Assembly (NCBI RefSeq): GCF_000142905.1
Contig: NW_013657679.1
Span: 250,657 to 314,656 of the forward strand
Direction of reading: 5' to 3'
DNA from: Thecamonas trahens ATCC 50062
Taxonomy: Eukaryota > Protista > Apusomonadida
Length of the DNA: 64,000 nt
The notes beneath the pieces are model-generated. The model saw only the letters and a list, made by a program, of their open reading frames with translations, was not told the DNA's origin and did no database searches. A program made the translations under genes and the position numbers. Shown here piece after piece: positions 22,218 to 33,789 of the stretch. Position 1 is the first letter of the stretch, and every line of letters starts with the position of its first letter.

Positions 22218-24389
22218 ATGCCGAAGCGCAAGAGGACTACCGCCAAGGCGCGCGCTACCGCCGCTCCTGCGGACCCTTCACCGCGCCGCACTCGCTCGCG
22301 CGGCAAGCGCAAGCCCGCCCCGCCGCCCTCCCCGTCGCCCTCGCCGCCGCCGGCTGATGATGGCTCGGAGGATGCGAGCTGGGCTGGCAACTCCGGGGAG
22401 GCCGGCTCGGCTGTCGTCTCGGCTGCCAGCCCGGCTCCGGCCTCGCCTGCTGTCTCTGGCTCGGCTTCGGGCTCCGACGTGGAGAGCTCCAACAAGCATA
22501 GAGTCCAGCAGCTGTTGGCGGCGCTGAATGCTTCGGAGAGCGGGTCGGAGAGCGAGTCGGACAGCTCCGACTCGTCAGACGTCTCTGGGGCGGGCGCTGC
22601 TGCTGCTGCCGCCGCCACCGCTGCTGCAGCGGCTGCACAGTTTACAGAGCTTCCCAGCGACGATGACTTTATGCTCGATGTTAATCCCGAGGATGAGGTC
22701 CAGCCGTCAGAGGTTGTGGCGCCAGCGGGCGACCCGGCCGCCGTGGCGGGCGGCGATGGCAACAACTCGGACTCGGACGCTGCGCTAGAGACGTTCCTCT
22801 TTGGCGCACCGACCGTGTCTGCGGCAGCTGAGGCGGCCAAGCGCGCCGTGGCGCTCGGCGGCCTCCTGACGGGCTCCGCTGCTGTGGCGTCGTCGTCGGA
22901 TGCCGAGTCGGACGAGGACTCGTGCGCCGAGTCGGACGACGACGGAGCGTCGTCCTCATCATCGTCGTCGTCGTCGTCGTCGTCGTCCTCTTCTGTTGTG
23001 GGCGACGAGGACCGTCCACGCAAGCGGCGCAAGCCGGCGTGGCACGACCCGGACGACGCGCGTGTGAGCGTCGACCTCTCGGGCGTCTCGCGGCTCCGGA
23101 AGCTGCGGGTCGACGAGGACGAGACCGTGGTGTCCGGCGTCGAGTACACGCGGCGGCTGCGGGAGCGGTACGCTGAAACGCTGGCCATCAACGCGCGGCA
23201 AGCGACGTCTGCGCGCGGGACCGAGGTCCACTCGAGCGCGCTGAGCGGCGCTTCTGGGTACGTGCCCAAGTGGGCGCGGCTGCCGGAGGAGGCTGCGGGC
23301 GAGACCGGCCCGGCCAAGGGCTCGCTGGACGCACTCGTTGCTTCGTCGTCGGCGGCGGTGCTCAAGGCTTCGGGCCGGATCCTGGCTGGCAACGGGGCGC
23401 AGACCAAGCTCCCATCTGGGCTCATCTCGGTCTCCCAAAAGACCGACCTCAACAAGCAGGCTCCGTCGGACGCCGTGGCCAGGTGCCTCGAGTTCCATCC
23501 GTCAGGCCATGTGGCGCTCACCGCCGGCCTGGACAAGACACTGCGGTTGTTCCAGGTCGACGGACGGGTCAACTCGCTCATCCACTCGGTCCACGTGGCC
23601 GACCTGCCGATCCGCTCGGCCTCGTTTGTTGGTGACGGAGCGTCGGTCGTTCTCTCGGGCCGGCGCAAGTTCTTCTACGTTTATGACGTCGAGACCGGCG
23701 AGGCGACCCAGACCCGCGGCGTGCTCGACCGCCGCGAGCGCTCGCTCGAGTCGTGCGTCGTCTCGCCCGACGGCAAGACACTCGCCTTTCTGGGCAAGGG
23801 CGGCAATGTGCTGCTTGTCTCGGCCACCACCCACCAGTGGATCGGCTCGCTCAAGATGAACGGCCACGTCAAGTGCGCGGCGTTTACTCCCGACTCGACT
23901 CGCCTCCTCACCGCCGGAGCGTCGAGCAAGGTCTTCATTTGGTCTGTTGGCGAGCGGCGCGTCGAGCACTCGTTCACCGACATGGGCTCGTACAACAACC
24001 TCTCCATGGACATCTCGGCCTCGGGCTCGCTGCTTGCGCTCGGCTCCGACTCGGGCGTCGTCAACATGTACGAGCTCAACAACGAGCTGCTCGCCACCTC
24101 GCGCCCGACGCCGCTCAAGTCCATCTACAACCTCACGACCCACATCGACTCGGTCAAGTTTCACCCGTCGTCGCAAATTCTGGCCATGGCCTCGGCCAAG
24201 AAGAAGGCAGCCCTCCGCCTTCTCCACGTCCCCTCGCTCTCGGTCTTCTCCAACTTTCCGGCCCAGCAGGCGCGCCGCCTCGGCACGCCGCACGCCCTCG
24301 CCTTCTCGCCGCACGGCGCATACATGGCCGTCGGCACGGCTTCTGGCCGCGTCCCGCTCTGGCAGCTCAACCACTTCCCGAACGCCTAA
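22218..24389 (+). CDS. UTP18: U3 snoRNA-associated protein 18 (WD40)
   Basis: KPAWHDPDD, RLRKLR..EDE..VSG.EY..RLR..Y, LTAGLDKTLRLFQVDGRVN, GRRKFFYVYD and LRLLHVPSLSVFSNFP motifs. Confidence 0.93.
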   Translation: MPKRKRTTAKARATAAPADPSPRRTRSRGKRKPAPPPSPSPSPPPADDGSEDASWAGNSGEAGSAVVSAASPAPASPAVSGSASGSDVESSNKHRVQQLLAALNASESGSESESDSSDSSDVSGAGAAAAAAATAAAAAAQFTELPSDDDFMLDVNPEDEVQPSEVVAPAGDPAAVAGGDGNNSDSDAALETFLFGAPTVSAAAEAAKRAVALGGLLTGSAAVASSSDAESDEDSCAESDDDGASSSSSSSSSSSSSSSVVGDEDRPRKRRKPAWHDPDDARVSVDLSGVSRLRKLRVDEDETVVSGVEYTRRLRERYAETLAINARQATSARGTEVHSSALSGASGYVPKWARLPEEAAGETGPAKGSLDALVASSSAAVLKASGRILAGNGAQTKLPSGLISVSQKTDLNKQAPSDAVARCLEFHPSGHVALTAGLDKTLRLFQVDGRVNSLIHSVHVADLPIRSASFVGDGASVVLSGRRKFFYVYDVETGEATQTRGVLDRRERSLESCVVSPDGKTLAFLGKGGNVLLVSATTHQWIGSLKMNGHVKCAAFTPDSTRLLTAGASSKVFIWSVGERRVEHSFTDMGSYNNLSMDISASGSLLALGSDSGVVNMYELNNELLATSRPTPLKSIYNLTTHIDSVKFHPSSQILAMASAKKKAALRLLHVPSLSVFSNFPAQQARRLGTPHALAFSPHGAYMAVGTASGRVPLWQLNHFPNA

Positions 24390-24412
24390 ACGCGCCCGGG
24401 GCTCCCTCGCCC

Positions 24413-25098
24413 TCACACCAGCGTCGTTGCCGCCGGCAGCGGCGCGTCGACCCGCGAGAGGACAAGCGTGTAGAACGCGAGCGAGATAAAGACGTGCCAG
24501 AGCCCATGGTTGAGCCGAATCCAGTCGTTGTCCTCGTCGAGCCCGCGCGAGAAGAAGAAAAACGCAATGAGGACAAGCGCTATGCCAAGCCGGAGCGTCG
24601 GCGGGTGGAACTGTGGCCGCGCCGCCGCCGGCGTGAGGACAAAGCAAACGACAAGGGCAGCGATGAGATGGGTGGCGAGCGGGAGAATGGTAAAGGTGAT
24701 GTCCCACGGGCCGGCCTCCTGGCACACCAGCGTCCAGCAGAACAGGCCCCAGGTCCAGGCGTCACGCCTCGCCACGCGCATCCGCCGCGGGAAGAGCAGG
24801 AGGGTGAAGAGGACTTGGAAGGCCGAGATGGCAAAGACGTTGTCGAGGCGATGCCACTGGCCGGGTGAGAGGCCAAAGAGCACGGCCTGGACAGTGTCGG
24901 CGCAGTGGTACAGACCCGACGTGATCGCTGTCCACACCAGAATCCACGCCCATGCCGACTGTGCCCGCACAATGAGGTAGACCACCATCGGGAGACCCGC
25001 CGCGTTGGTCAGCACCGACGCCACTACCTGGAGCCACACCTCGGGATTGCTCAGGTGATTCTCCGGCGCACCGGGAGGAACTTGCACCCGAGCACCAT
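24413..25098 (-). CDS. CREST-superfamily (TMEM8/DUF3522-like) ~7-TM putative hydrolase; probable -1 frame break near 25077
   Basis: SGLYHCAD (SxxxH), WHRLDN (D) and HGLWH (HxxxH) motifs with hydrophobic helices. The nearest upstream ATG (25098, MVLGCKF) joins the TM frame only if one base is added. Confidence 0.75.
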
Positions 25099-25311
25099 AC
25101 TTGGGAAGCAGTACCCGTGTGGCGAGGCGAGAGAGGTGGTAGCGGTAGCTGTAGCGGGAGTGGTAGTCCCGCTGTGGTGCGGCGGTGGGCGCGGCTCGCC
25201 AGCGGCGCAGGCCGCGGCTAGGGCCCGGGCTGGGAGCGACGTACAACCACGGCGGCTACACTTGGCTCGTTCCCCCCTACTATGACTATGATGGGAGTAG
25301 AGCCGGTGGCC

Positions 25312-25677
25312 ATGGATCTGGAGCCACCTCTAGCCGCCGAGCCCGAGGTGGTCATCGTGCTGGCCTTCACCGATGGGCTCGACCTCGAGAAGCACCCCGA
25401 CTATGTCATCGAGGGCGTGGAGACGGGCCAACCTGTGGTGCGGATTGCAGACCTGCCCGATCGAGAGTATGTGGGACGGGTTGAGGATGAGTTGGGCGAT
25501 ACGCTGCTGTACACTCCGCCGCGGGAAGGCGTCGATACACTGAATGACGACGGCGAGCCGGTGGATGTGCCGTACGACAGCGAGGCCCCGGTGAGGTACA
25601 TGGCCAAGGTGAGACGAACCATTGTTCTCACCCCACGCGTCGTCGCCGATCCGGCTCTGATGCCTGTGGGCGAGTGA
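25312..25677 (+). CDS. TFIIIC subunit 6-like (triple-barrel) small acidic protein; start could also be 25282 or 25290 region
   Basis: YVIEGVETGQPVVRI..EYVGRVEDELGDTLLY resembles the TFIIIC_sub6 pattern G.dt..P...i....f.G...d..Gt...f. Confidence 0.6.
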   Translation: MDLEPPLAAEPEVVIVLAFTDGLDLEKHPDYVIEGVETGQPVVRIADLPDREYVGRVEDELGDTLLYTPPREGVDTLNDDGEPVDVPYDSEAPVRYMAKVRRTIVLTPRVVADPALMPVGE

Positions 25678-25716
25678 GTTGCGCATCGCGGCATGAAGCC
25701 AATCCAACTTTACCTT

Positions 25717-27123
25717 TTAGTAGATGCCCGGGAGGATCCGCCAGCGGACGATGGAGCAGTACCGCTTCCAGTCCTTGCCGTACTTTGTGGCGCACTTGTG
25801 GTCGTCGCGGAGGTCGCGATGGACAAGCAGGATGCCAAAGTAAATGACGTAGTAGTAGGTGATCGGGGTGTGGAAGAGTGTGGGCAGGCACCAAGCCCAG
25901 GCCATGATCCAGTCGCCGAGGTAGTTGACATGGCGCGCCACTCCCCACCAGCCCGAGGTGATGAGCCGCGAGCCGCGTTCGGTTGTGATGTACTCGAGCG
26001 CGAGGATTGAGGGGTCGGTTGAGCCCGAGCGGAAGGCGTTCTTCTGCGAGTTGGCACCGCGGAAGATGTAAAGGCCGATGAGCTTGGTGGCAATGATGGC
26101 CAGAACAGTGAGCGTCGATAGCTCGAGCGGGTTGAGAACGAGGTACCGTGCCTGGAGCGAGTAGGTGAACGGGACCCAGGCCAGGTCGCCAAAGGCGAGC
26201 ATAAAGCCGAAGCCATCGGTCGTCACGTCCATGGTTGTAAGAATGGCCGGCTCGTTGTAGAACGAGTCAAAGACGTAGTACGTCTGGAATGCGAGGACCA
26301 GCATCATCGAGTTGGTGATCGAGCCGTGGCTCGCGTACTGCTCCGCCGCGCATCCGAGGTCAAGGAGAATCCAGCCGATGAGGCCCGGCCGGAGCTCGCA
26401 AAAGACCTTGAGGTCAAACGAAAAGCCGCCCGGGAGCGCAATCCGCGGGTTGAGCTCGCGGCCCATAAAGGCGTCGTAGACCGGCGAGCCCGAGTCGCCG
26501 CCAGCCGCGAGCAGCGCGCGCTCGGGCGCGTTGGCGGGCGTCGACGCCGGCACCACCACTAGCGACGAGAGGTAGAGGTAGACTGAGAGTGCAACCGAGA
26601 CGATGATGGCGCCTGTCGCCAGCGGCAGGAACTCATGGTAGCAGTAGCTGAGGTCGATGACGCCGAGTGCGTGGCCGAGGACCGCGCCGAGGACGCTCAC
26701 AAAGAACGCCGCCAACCCGTTCATCGGGTACCGCAGCCGCCGGGCGCCGGGCGTTTGCGGATCAAGCTCGACACCTTCCGCCATCGGCCCAGGCAGGACA
26801 GCGTAGAAGAGAGCCTGCAGCAGAAGCCAGCCGACCACCACCGCCAGCGCCTCGAGGGTGAACCACGGCTGCGCTGGATCGTGAAGCGCGGACCCGTCGA
26901 GCAGCGCCGGCGGCAGATGCACAAACGGCGCCGCCAGCGAGACCGTCGCCACTCCGTACGGCCCGCAAGCCAGGTACAGAAAGTATACCACCATTGGGAG
27001 GACCATCATCAGCACCGCCGTCCCAGCCGGCCCGCCAAACTCGTACGCAAACGCTGTCTTGTTCTCCACCCCGTCACTGCTGCCTCCTTCTGTCGCATGA
27101 GTCTTGCCCGCGCCCTTGCCCAT
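25717..27123 (-). CDS. ERG24: Delta14-sterol reductase (ERG24/TM7SF2/LBR family)
   Basis: YEFGGP, FMGRELNPRI, ELRPGLIGW, DVTTDGFGFMLAFGDLAWVPFTYSLQARYL, GWWGVARHVNYLGD and HRDLRDDHKC..KYG motifs. Confidence 0.93.
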   Translation of the reverse strand: MGKGAGKTHATEGGSSDGVENKTAFAYEFGGPAGTAVLMMVLPMVVYFLYLACGPYGVATVSLAAPFVHLPPALLDGSALHDPAQPWFTLEALAVVVGWLLLQALFYAVLPGPMAEGVELDPQTPGARRLRYPMNGLAAFFVSVLGAVLGHALGVIDLSYCYHEFLPLATGAIIVSVALSVYLYLSSLVVVPASTPANAPERALLAAGGDSGSPVYDAFMGRELNPRIALPGGFSFDLKVFCELRPGLIGWILLDLGCAAEQYASHGSITNSMMLVLAFQTYYVFDSFYNEPAILTTMDVTTDGFGFMLAFGDLAWVPFTYSLQARYLVLNPLELSTLTVLAIIATKLIGLYIFRGANSQKNAFRSGSTDPSILALEYITTERGSRLITSGWWGVARHVNYLGDWIMAWAWCLPTLFHTPITYYYVIYFGILLVHRDLRDDHKCATKYGKDWKRYCSIVRWRILPGIY

Positions 27124-27571
27124 GCTGTCTGTGGTTGCTGGTTTCAAGTATGCGCTGTGTATAGAGCAGTGCTGGGAGACAATCGGTAGCAGTGGTGCCG
27201 TGCCTGCCGCCAGCGGCGCTCACCGAGAAAGCCGTCGTGGACGACGTGGCTCATCACCGCCGACCGTCGTCTTCGTCAGCCGATCTGCCTCGCCCAACAT
27301 GCGGATCCTGTAGCATCGTACCCCCGCCCCCCCCCCCCCCCTCCCCTTCGCTCACATCCTCTTTCTCTCTTCCTCTCTCTCCCCCCCCCCCTCCTCCTCC
27401 TCTCCCTCCTTTATCAATCCCCCCTGCCACCCCCCTTTCCCTCGCCGCTGCAGGTTGATCGTGATCAAGTTGTGATCGATCTCGCGGCCGAGAGCATCCA
27501 CCGCCACGGGCAGTCGCCCCCCTCACCCCATTCCCTTTCTCCACACCTCACCCACTCCACACGCCCTCCAC

Positions 27572-29458
27572 ATGGCCCGGCGCAAGCGCAAGGCAAGTCG
27601 GAGCACAGAGGACACGGCGAGCCACAAGGCTGTGGAGGACACGTCGTCACGCCCCTCCAAGCGGCACAGGCTGCTCGGCGGGCAGGATGATGGCCAGGAT
27701 GGCTCGCCGACAGAGCGGCGGCAGGGGGCGGGCGGGCGGCTCGGGGCGGGCGGCTGGGTTGTGGCTTCGGACGATGACGAGAAGGAGGCCGCGCCTGCAT
27801 TTGCATCGACAGCACGCCGCGGGAAGAACGGGGGAAAAAAGGCTCGCTCGCGTGAGAAGGTCGGCCCGCTCAAGCCGACGCGCAACGAGCTGCGAGCCAT
27901 GCGGCGCCAGTTTGACGACAAGGTAGCCGAGTACGAGCGCGGGCTGCGGCCGTCGAAAAAGGAGATCAAGAGCGTGCAGGACGTGAAACAGCGTATGGAG
28001 CTGCGGACCGGGGAGAAGAACCGTCGCAAGGCCGCCGAGGACGCTGCCGCCGCCGAGCTCCTGCTCCACACCCAAGAGTCGGGATACCTCGAGGCCGAGG
28101 GCATGGAGAAGACGTACAAGTTCAAGCAGGCTGACATTGCCGGCGCTGTCGACCTCCAGTCGGCCGCCAAGCACTTTGACCTCGCCCTCGAGTACGGCTC
28201 GTACTCGATTGACTACTCGCGCAACGGCAAGCACCTGCTCCTCGGCGGGCGGCGCGGACATCTGGCGCTCATGGACTGGTCGCGGGCCTCGCTCCTCTTT
28301 GAGATGTTTGTGGAGGAGTCGATCTACGATGTCAAGATCCTGCACAATCACATGTTCCTCGGCGTGGCGCAAAAGTCCAACCTCTTCATCTACGACCACA
28401 CCGGGCTCGAGCTCCACTGCCTTCGCGACCACCCGGGCGCGCGCCACCTCGAGTTCCTCCCCTACCACTTCCTGCTTGCCTCTGTTGGCGAGACCGGAAG
28501 GCTCCGCTACGTCGACATTTCCACCGGTGAGGTCATTGCCAACCACCGCGTGAAGAACGGCGCTGCGCGCGCCCTCACCGCCAACCCGCACAACGCCGTC
28601 ATGGCTGTCGGCACCGCCGCGGGCATTGTCTCACACTGGGTGCCCAACACCGGCCTGCCTGTTGTCAAGATGGTTACCCATGCAGGGCCCGTCACCGGCA
28701 TCGCCTTCTCCTCTGACGGAAACGTGATGGCGACCACCGGCATGGACCGCACCGTCCGCGTGTGGGACATGCGCATGTACAAGGAGCTGCACACCCCGTA
28801 CACCCTCAAGCGCCCCGCGTCGGCCATCGACATCTCGCAGCGTGGCATGCTTGCCATCGGCTTTGGCACCCACGTCGATGTGTGGAAGGACGCGCTCCGC
28901 ACCCGCGCCCAGCGGCCGTACCTCTCCTACGGCACCCGCGGCGCCGCTGTCTCGGACCTCGCCTTTGTCCCCTACGAAGACGTGCTTGGCCTCGGCTCGG
29001 CAAAGGGCGTGACGTCGCTCCTTGTGCCGGGCGCCGGCGAGCCCAACTTTGACTCGTACGTGGCAAACCCGTACGAGACGACCAAGCAGCGCCAGGAGGG
29101 CGAGGTCAAGCGCCTGCTCGACAAGATCCCGGCCGACATGATCACCCTCGACAACTCGGTCATCGGCGCTCTCGACGCCAACGCCGAAAACAATGCTATG
29201 GACATCCTCCGCGAAAAGCACGAGTCCATCCACGGCAAGGGTACGTGGAAGCCGCGTAACAAGGCCCGCGGCAAGAACAAGTCTTATCGCAAGCTCCTCC
29301 GCAAGAAGGGCAACATCCGCTCGCGCAAGATGCTCCGAGTCAAGGCCTACCTCGATGCCAAGAAGCGCGCCGCAGAAGAGCTCGACGCCAAGGGTGCCGG
29401 CGGCCAAGCCCCTCCGCCGGCTTCTCGCTCCTCCATGTTCTCCCGCTTCAAAAAGTAG
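27572..29458 (+). CDS. UTP7: U3 snoRNA-associated protein 7 / WDR46 (BING4)
   Basis: GYLEAEGMEKTYKFKQ, YSRNGKHLLLGGRRGH, LEFLPYHFLLAS, PYEDVLG and VPGAGEPNFDS..NPYET.KQRQE.EV..LLDKI (BING4 C-terminal domain). Confidence 0.95.
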   Translation: MARRKRKASRSTEDTASHKAVEDTSSRPSKRHRLLGGQDDGQDGSPTERRQGAGGRLGAGGWVVASDDDEKEAAPAFASTARRGKNGGKKARSREKVGPLKPTRNELRAMRRQFDDKVAEYERGLRPSKKEIKSVQDVKQRMELRTGEKNRRKAAEDAAAAELLLHTQESGYLEAEGMEKTYKFKQADIAGAVDLQSAAKHFDLALEYGSYSIDYSRNGKHLLLGGRRGHLALMDWSRASLLFEMFVEESIYDVKILHNHMFLGVAQKSNLFIYDHTGLELHCLRDHPGARHLEFLPYHFLLASVGETGRLRYVDISTGEVIANHRVKNGAARALTANPHNAVMAVGTAAGIVSHWVPNTGLPVVKMVTHAGPVTGIAFSSDGNVMATTGMDRTVRVWDMRMYKELHTPYTLKRPASAIDISQRGMLAIGFGTHVDVWKDALRTRAQRPYLSYGTRGAAVSDLAFVPYEDVLGLGSAKGVTSLLVPGAGEPNFDSYVANPYETTKQRQEGEVKRLLDKIPADMITLDNSVIGALDANAENNAMDILREKHESIHGKGTWKPRNKARGKNKSYRKLLRKKGNIRSRKMLRVKAYLDAKKRAAEELDAKGAGGQAPPPASRSSMFSRFKK

Positions 29459-29845
29459 CCGCACCAGTTTCATGCTCTTGCACTGCGCGTCTGACATCAA
29501 ATTTGAGCCCGCCCTTGCCCACCTCCTACGCAGCTGCCGCTACCACCACCATTATCCCAGCTTCCGTTGATTCCGGCCGTCTCTCTCCGAGTCGTCATAA
29601 CGCTCAGAGCTGAGCTAGTCTGCTGACTAGACCACGAGGTCTGCTCCCCCCCGCCCCCCCCAAGGCGCCGCCCCGGCGCTCGTTCCACCTCCAACCCTCG
29701 TGAATAATCACGCGGACTGCCAGCGGCGACGCTTTTCTTGCTGGAGGTCGGCAGCCGACTCCCCTCCCCTCCCCCCCTCCCCCCCCTCCCCCCCTCCTCC
29801 CTCCCCTCCCAACCCGTCCACGCTCAACCCCTCTCACCACCCCGC

Positions 29846-32800
29846 ATGAGCTCACGCCGTGCGCCTCCGCCAGTGCCCAAGAACGTGCCGGGCGAGGGTC
29901 CCTCGTCGCCACGGCCGGTGCCTCCGGCCCGTCCCCGGGTAGTTCCTCGCTCGTCGACCGCCGCAGGTGCTGCTCCTCCGTCACCGCGGCCTGCCGTGGT
30001 GCCGCGGTCTTCGACGGTCGACACTACCAGTTCCGGGCCGGAGCTCCCGGCTCGTGGTGCGTCATCAAAGCCCAAGCCTGCACCGCGCCCGCGCCCCGCT
30101 CCGCGTCCGCGGCCAGCCGCTCGTGCACCGCCGCCGCCGCCGGCGTCGCCTCCGCCCGCAGGCGATGCCCAGCCGCCGCCCACCGACGCCGATGGTGTCT
30201 TGGTCTACCCGGCGCTTCCACCGCCGTACGTCAAGCCGGCGCCTGGAACGCCCGACGCCGAAAACAAGCCGCGCAAGCCGTCGCTCGCGCCGCGGCCCCA
30301 CATGCGGCTCTCTAACGTGCTCAAGACAGTCGAGCGCGACGTCCTTGTCCAGCAGTGGCATGCTTCTGAGGTTGATGCGCCCGACGGCGCCGGCCTTGCT
30401 CGGGCCCGCATCGCCCATCTCACAGTCCCGCCCATCGGTGCCGAGATTGACCCGCTCATGGCCAAGTGGCAGGTCTCATCCATCTACCTCTCGGGCTGGC
30501 TGTGGAAGTCGAACAAGGACGGCAAGCGGTGGAAGCGCAGGTACTTTGTGCTCTCGGCTCCGATGATGTCGTACCATGTCGACGAGTCTTGCAAGACCAA
30601 GAAGGGCGACATCATCGTCAACAACACCTCGACCGTCGTCGTCGAGCACCCGACCGCCGCTGGTGCCAAGCGCGACAACCTCTTTGCTCTGGCCACTCCG
30701 TCGCGGACCTGGCTCTTTGCTGCCGAGTCCCCGCTCGAGCGTGGCCGCTGGCTCGGCGCCCTCTCCGCCATGGCCCACGGTGTCGAGGCCGAGATGAAGG
30801 TCTCGCTCGCCTCGGGCACGAGCGGCAAGCAGGCCAAGCCGTCCAAGAGCTCCGGGAGCGGTAAGGAGAGCTCGTCAGGCCCCGTTGCTCTGAGCCCGTC
30901 TGGCGCGGCCGCGGCCTCGGCTGCTTCCAGCGCTGTTACCAGCGAGCCACCCGTCCTCCGTGCTTCGCCGTTCTCCCCGCTCGTCGCTGCCATTGTCAAC
31001 ATCAACCGGAGCAACGTCGCCTCACTCATCATCAACTACAACTCGATCGAGCCGCGGGCGACCACCCGTACCCTACGCGGCTCAGCGCTCGTGGCTGTCA
31101 CCCCTATTGGCGCCTCGGGATCGACCTCGCTCGCCCGCCACCCGCCGCTCATCCACCAGGTTGTGGCTGTCCAGTCGACGGCGCTGCCGAGCGACGAAGC
31201 CGCCTTTACCGAGTCTGCCGACGCGGCCTCGCAGCACTCTCGCTCGCTGCTCATGGGTCTACAGAACCTCCAGGTCAAGGACTCGGACCACTCGGGCGTG
31301 ACTGCCAACCTCAAGCTCCGCTATCTGCTCATCTTTGACGATGTTGTTGTCCTCGCGCGCCCGTCCTCGCAAACCCGCCCAGACAAGCTAGTGATGGAGT
31401 CGTTCTCGCCGACGTCGGCGCTCTTGGTCACGCCGCCGTCGCCTCGTCGGATGCGGCCTTTCTCTCGACCTCGTCGCCAGGCGGCCGCGTCCTCAAGCAG
31501 GACCGGATCAACATTGTCGTTCTCGGCGCTCGTCGCTCCGGCAAATCCTCGCTCATCTCCTCATTTGCTCTCGGCAAGCCGACCCACGAGCTCCTTGCAC
31601 CGTCGACGCCGGGCGAGCCGACCCTTGTGCGGACTGTCGAGTTCTCGCGACCGACCACGCTCGCTGGCATGTCACTCCAAGTCAAGTACGCGTTTCACAT
31701 TCTCGATCCTGAGGCCATGGAGACATCATCGCTTGTTCCGCGCCTCCTCGCCGAGGCCCATGGCTACGTCCTCGTGTACTCGCTCACCAAGGCCTCGTCG
31801 TTCAACGCACTGCCGGGCTTCAAGTCGCAAATCGAGTCTGCGCTCGCCGCCGCGGCACCGCGCAAGATGCGTAGCGGCCAGCGCGAGGCGCTCCGCATTG
31901 CCTCGCTCCCGGTTGTCATCACTGCCACCCGCTCCGACCTCGAGAGCGAGCGCCAGGTCTCGCTTGCGGACGGCCTGTGCGTTTCCAAGACTTGGGGCTG
32001 TCCTCTGGTGGAACTCTCATCAGACTCGGGAAAGAACGTCGACGCCGCACTCGGCATCATCCTTCGCTCGGCCTCGCTCTTGGCCGACTCGGTCTATCCG
32101 GGCGTCCTGGCCCAACTCGATGGTACGCTCGACATGGTCGACATCCTCACCCGCGCCAAGCTCCTCACCGTCTTTCAGTCAGCGGCCAAAGTCGAGGCCA
32201 TGGTTGACGTGTTCGAGAACACAAACCGGGCCTCGCACCTCGCCTCCAAGAAGCAGTCTGCCATCGGGACGCTGGCGACCTCACTCGCCGCGTTCTCGCG
32301 CGGCCTCGAGGTTCTCTCGTCCGGGGTCCTCGGCCCGTTAGTCTCGGCCGTCGGGCCGAACCCCGATCTTCAGCCGCTGGCTATCGCTCTTGCCGATGCC
32401 AACACTCGCGCTACCACCATTGTCGCCCGCTGGCAGGACTCACTCTCGGCGCTCGCCCGCTTTGTGCCGCTCCCGTGCACCTCGGCCTCGCTCGCCACCG
32501 TCGACGTTGTCACCGCATGCCAGGCGCTCAAGGTCGCCTTCTCTGCCATGCTCTCACACCTTGACCCCGACTCGGCGCAGGGACTGATCTCGCTCGACGA
32601 GACCTTCCACGCCGTCGACGTCGAGCTCAGCACCGCGCCCGACTCTGTGGTAGCACAGTTCAACGAGCTTGTCGCCGCCACCAATGACCTGCTCCCGCTC
32701 TCGGCGCCTGATCAAGAGCCGCCGCTCCAGCTTGCCTGCGTCCCGCTCGAACACCTGGCTTCGGTCTCGCAGCTCGCGTCGTCGTTAGCGTCGCTAGCAA

Positions 32801-33558
32801 TCGTTGACATGCCCGAGTTTGCTTCCGTCGCCTCGCGCATCTCGGGCCAGCATGCCGCCCTTGTCGCAGCAGCGTCGGCTCGCGCACTGTCGTCGGCAGT
32901 CGTCACCGACGACGCGCCTGATGCCGACGCACTCGCCTCAGCCGACCTAGAGTGCGGCTACTCGGACGGCGACGGTGGCAGTGGCGGCGACGGCGATGGT
33001 GGCGACGACCACGGCGCCAACGACGAGTTCATCTGGTCGAGCGACGTGGTTACTGTGAGTGCGCCGGACAGCCGCGACGAGCACGCCCGGACTGCGCCGT
33101 CACGAGTCCGGCCCAAGCCGCCACCGCGCCCGCGCCTCTCAGTCGACGAAGTGCTCGTCAAGCCGAGTGCTACCGCGCCGTCACCGGCGCCGGCGACTGG
33201 CTTTTTGCAGGTTGCCCACGCTCGTGGGCGGCGCACCTCGTCGATCTCCAACTCGGCGTGGGAAGTCCTAGACATGGTCATGCCCAAGTCGTTCTCCGAC
33301 AGTCTCCGCCAAGAAGTCCGCTCTGCCATCGCAACGGGCCGTGCCGACGCCGCCCGCATCCGCTACGGTGAGAGCTGCGAGTCGGACGACGATGACGACG
33401 ACGACGAGGGCGGCAAGTCCACCCCTCGTGATGCCCGTCGCTACTCGAGCAACAATCTTGGCGTCGTCGGCGGTCTCGCCGTCACCATCGACGCTTGCCT
33501 CAGCGAGATCCAGCGGCTCCACGGAGAGCTTGAGCTTGCTCGTGCCCGGTCAAGATGA
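29846..33558 (+). CDS. Proline-rich, PH, PH-like, degenerate Ras-like GTPase, helical domain protein; -1 frame break near 31429
   Basis: PH: LSGWLWKSNKDGKRWKRRYFVL..FALATPSRTWLFAAESPLERGRWL. Second PH-like: RYLLIFDDVVVLA. In the -1 frame: INIVVLGARRSGKSSLI, HGYVLVYSLTKASSF, PVVITATRSDLESERQVS, VELSSDSGKNVDA. Confidence 0.75.
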
Positions 33559-33789
33559 CGCCCCCCCCCCCTACCTTTAACACGTTTGCATCATGGAGTA
33601 GTGGGTCAACCGAGCCGAGCCGTAGAACTTGACAGTCGTGTGGTTGTGTGGTTTGCTTCGAAGCACCAAATTACCAAATTCTACCGTCCCGGCAGTCCCG
33701 CCGCGCCCCTCCGCCCCCACTGGTCCCCGCTGCCGCTACCTCCCGCCCCCATACAGCTCTCACCCCCTCCTCCTCTTTGCCCCTCCAGC

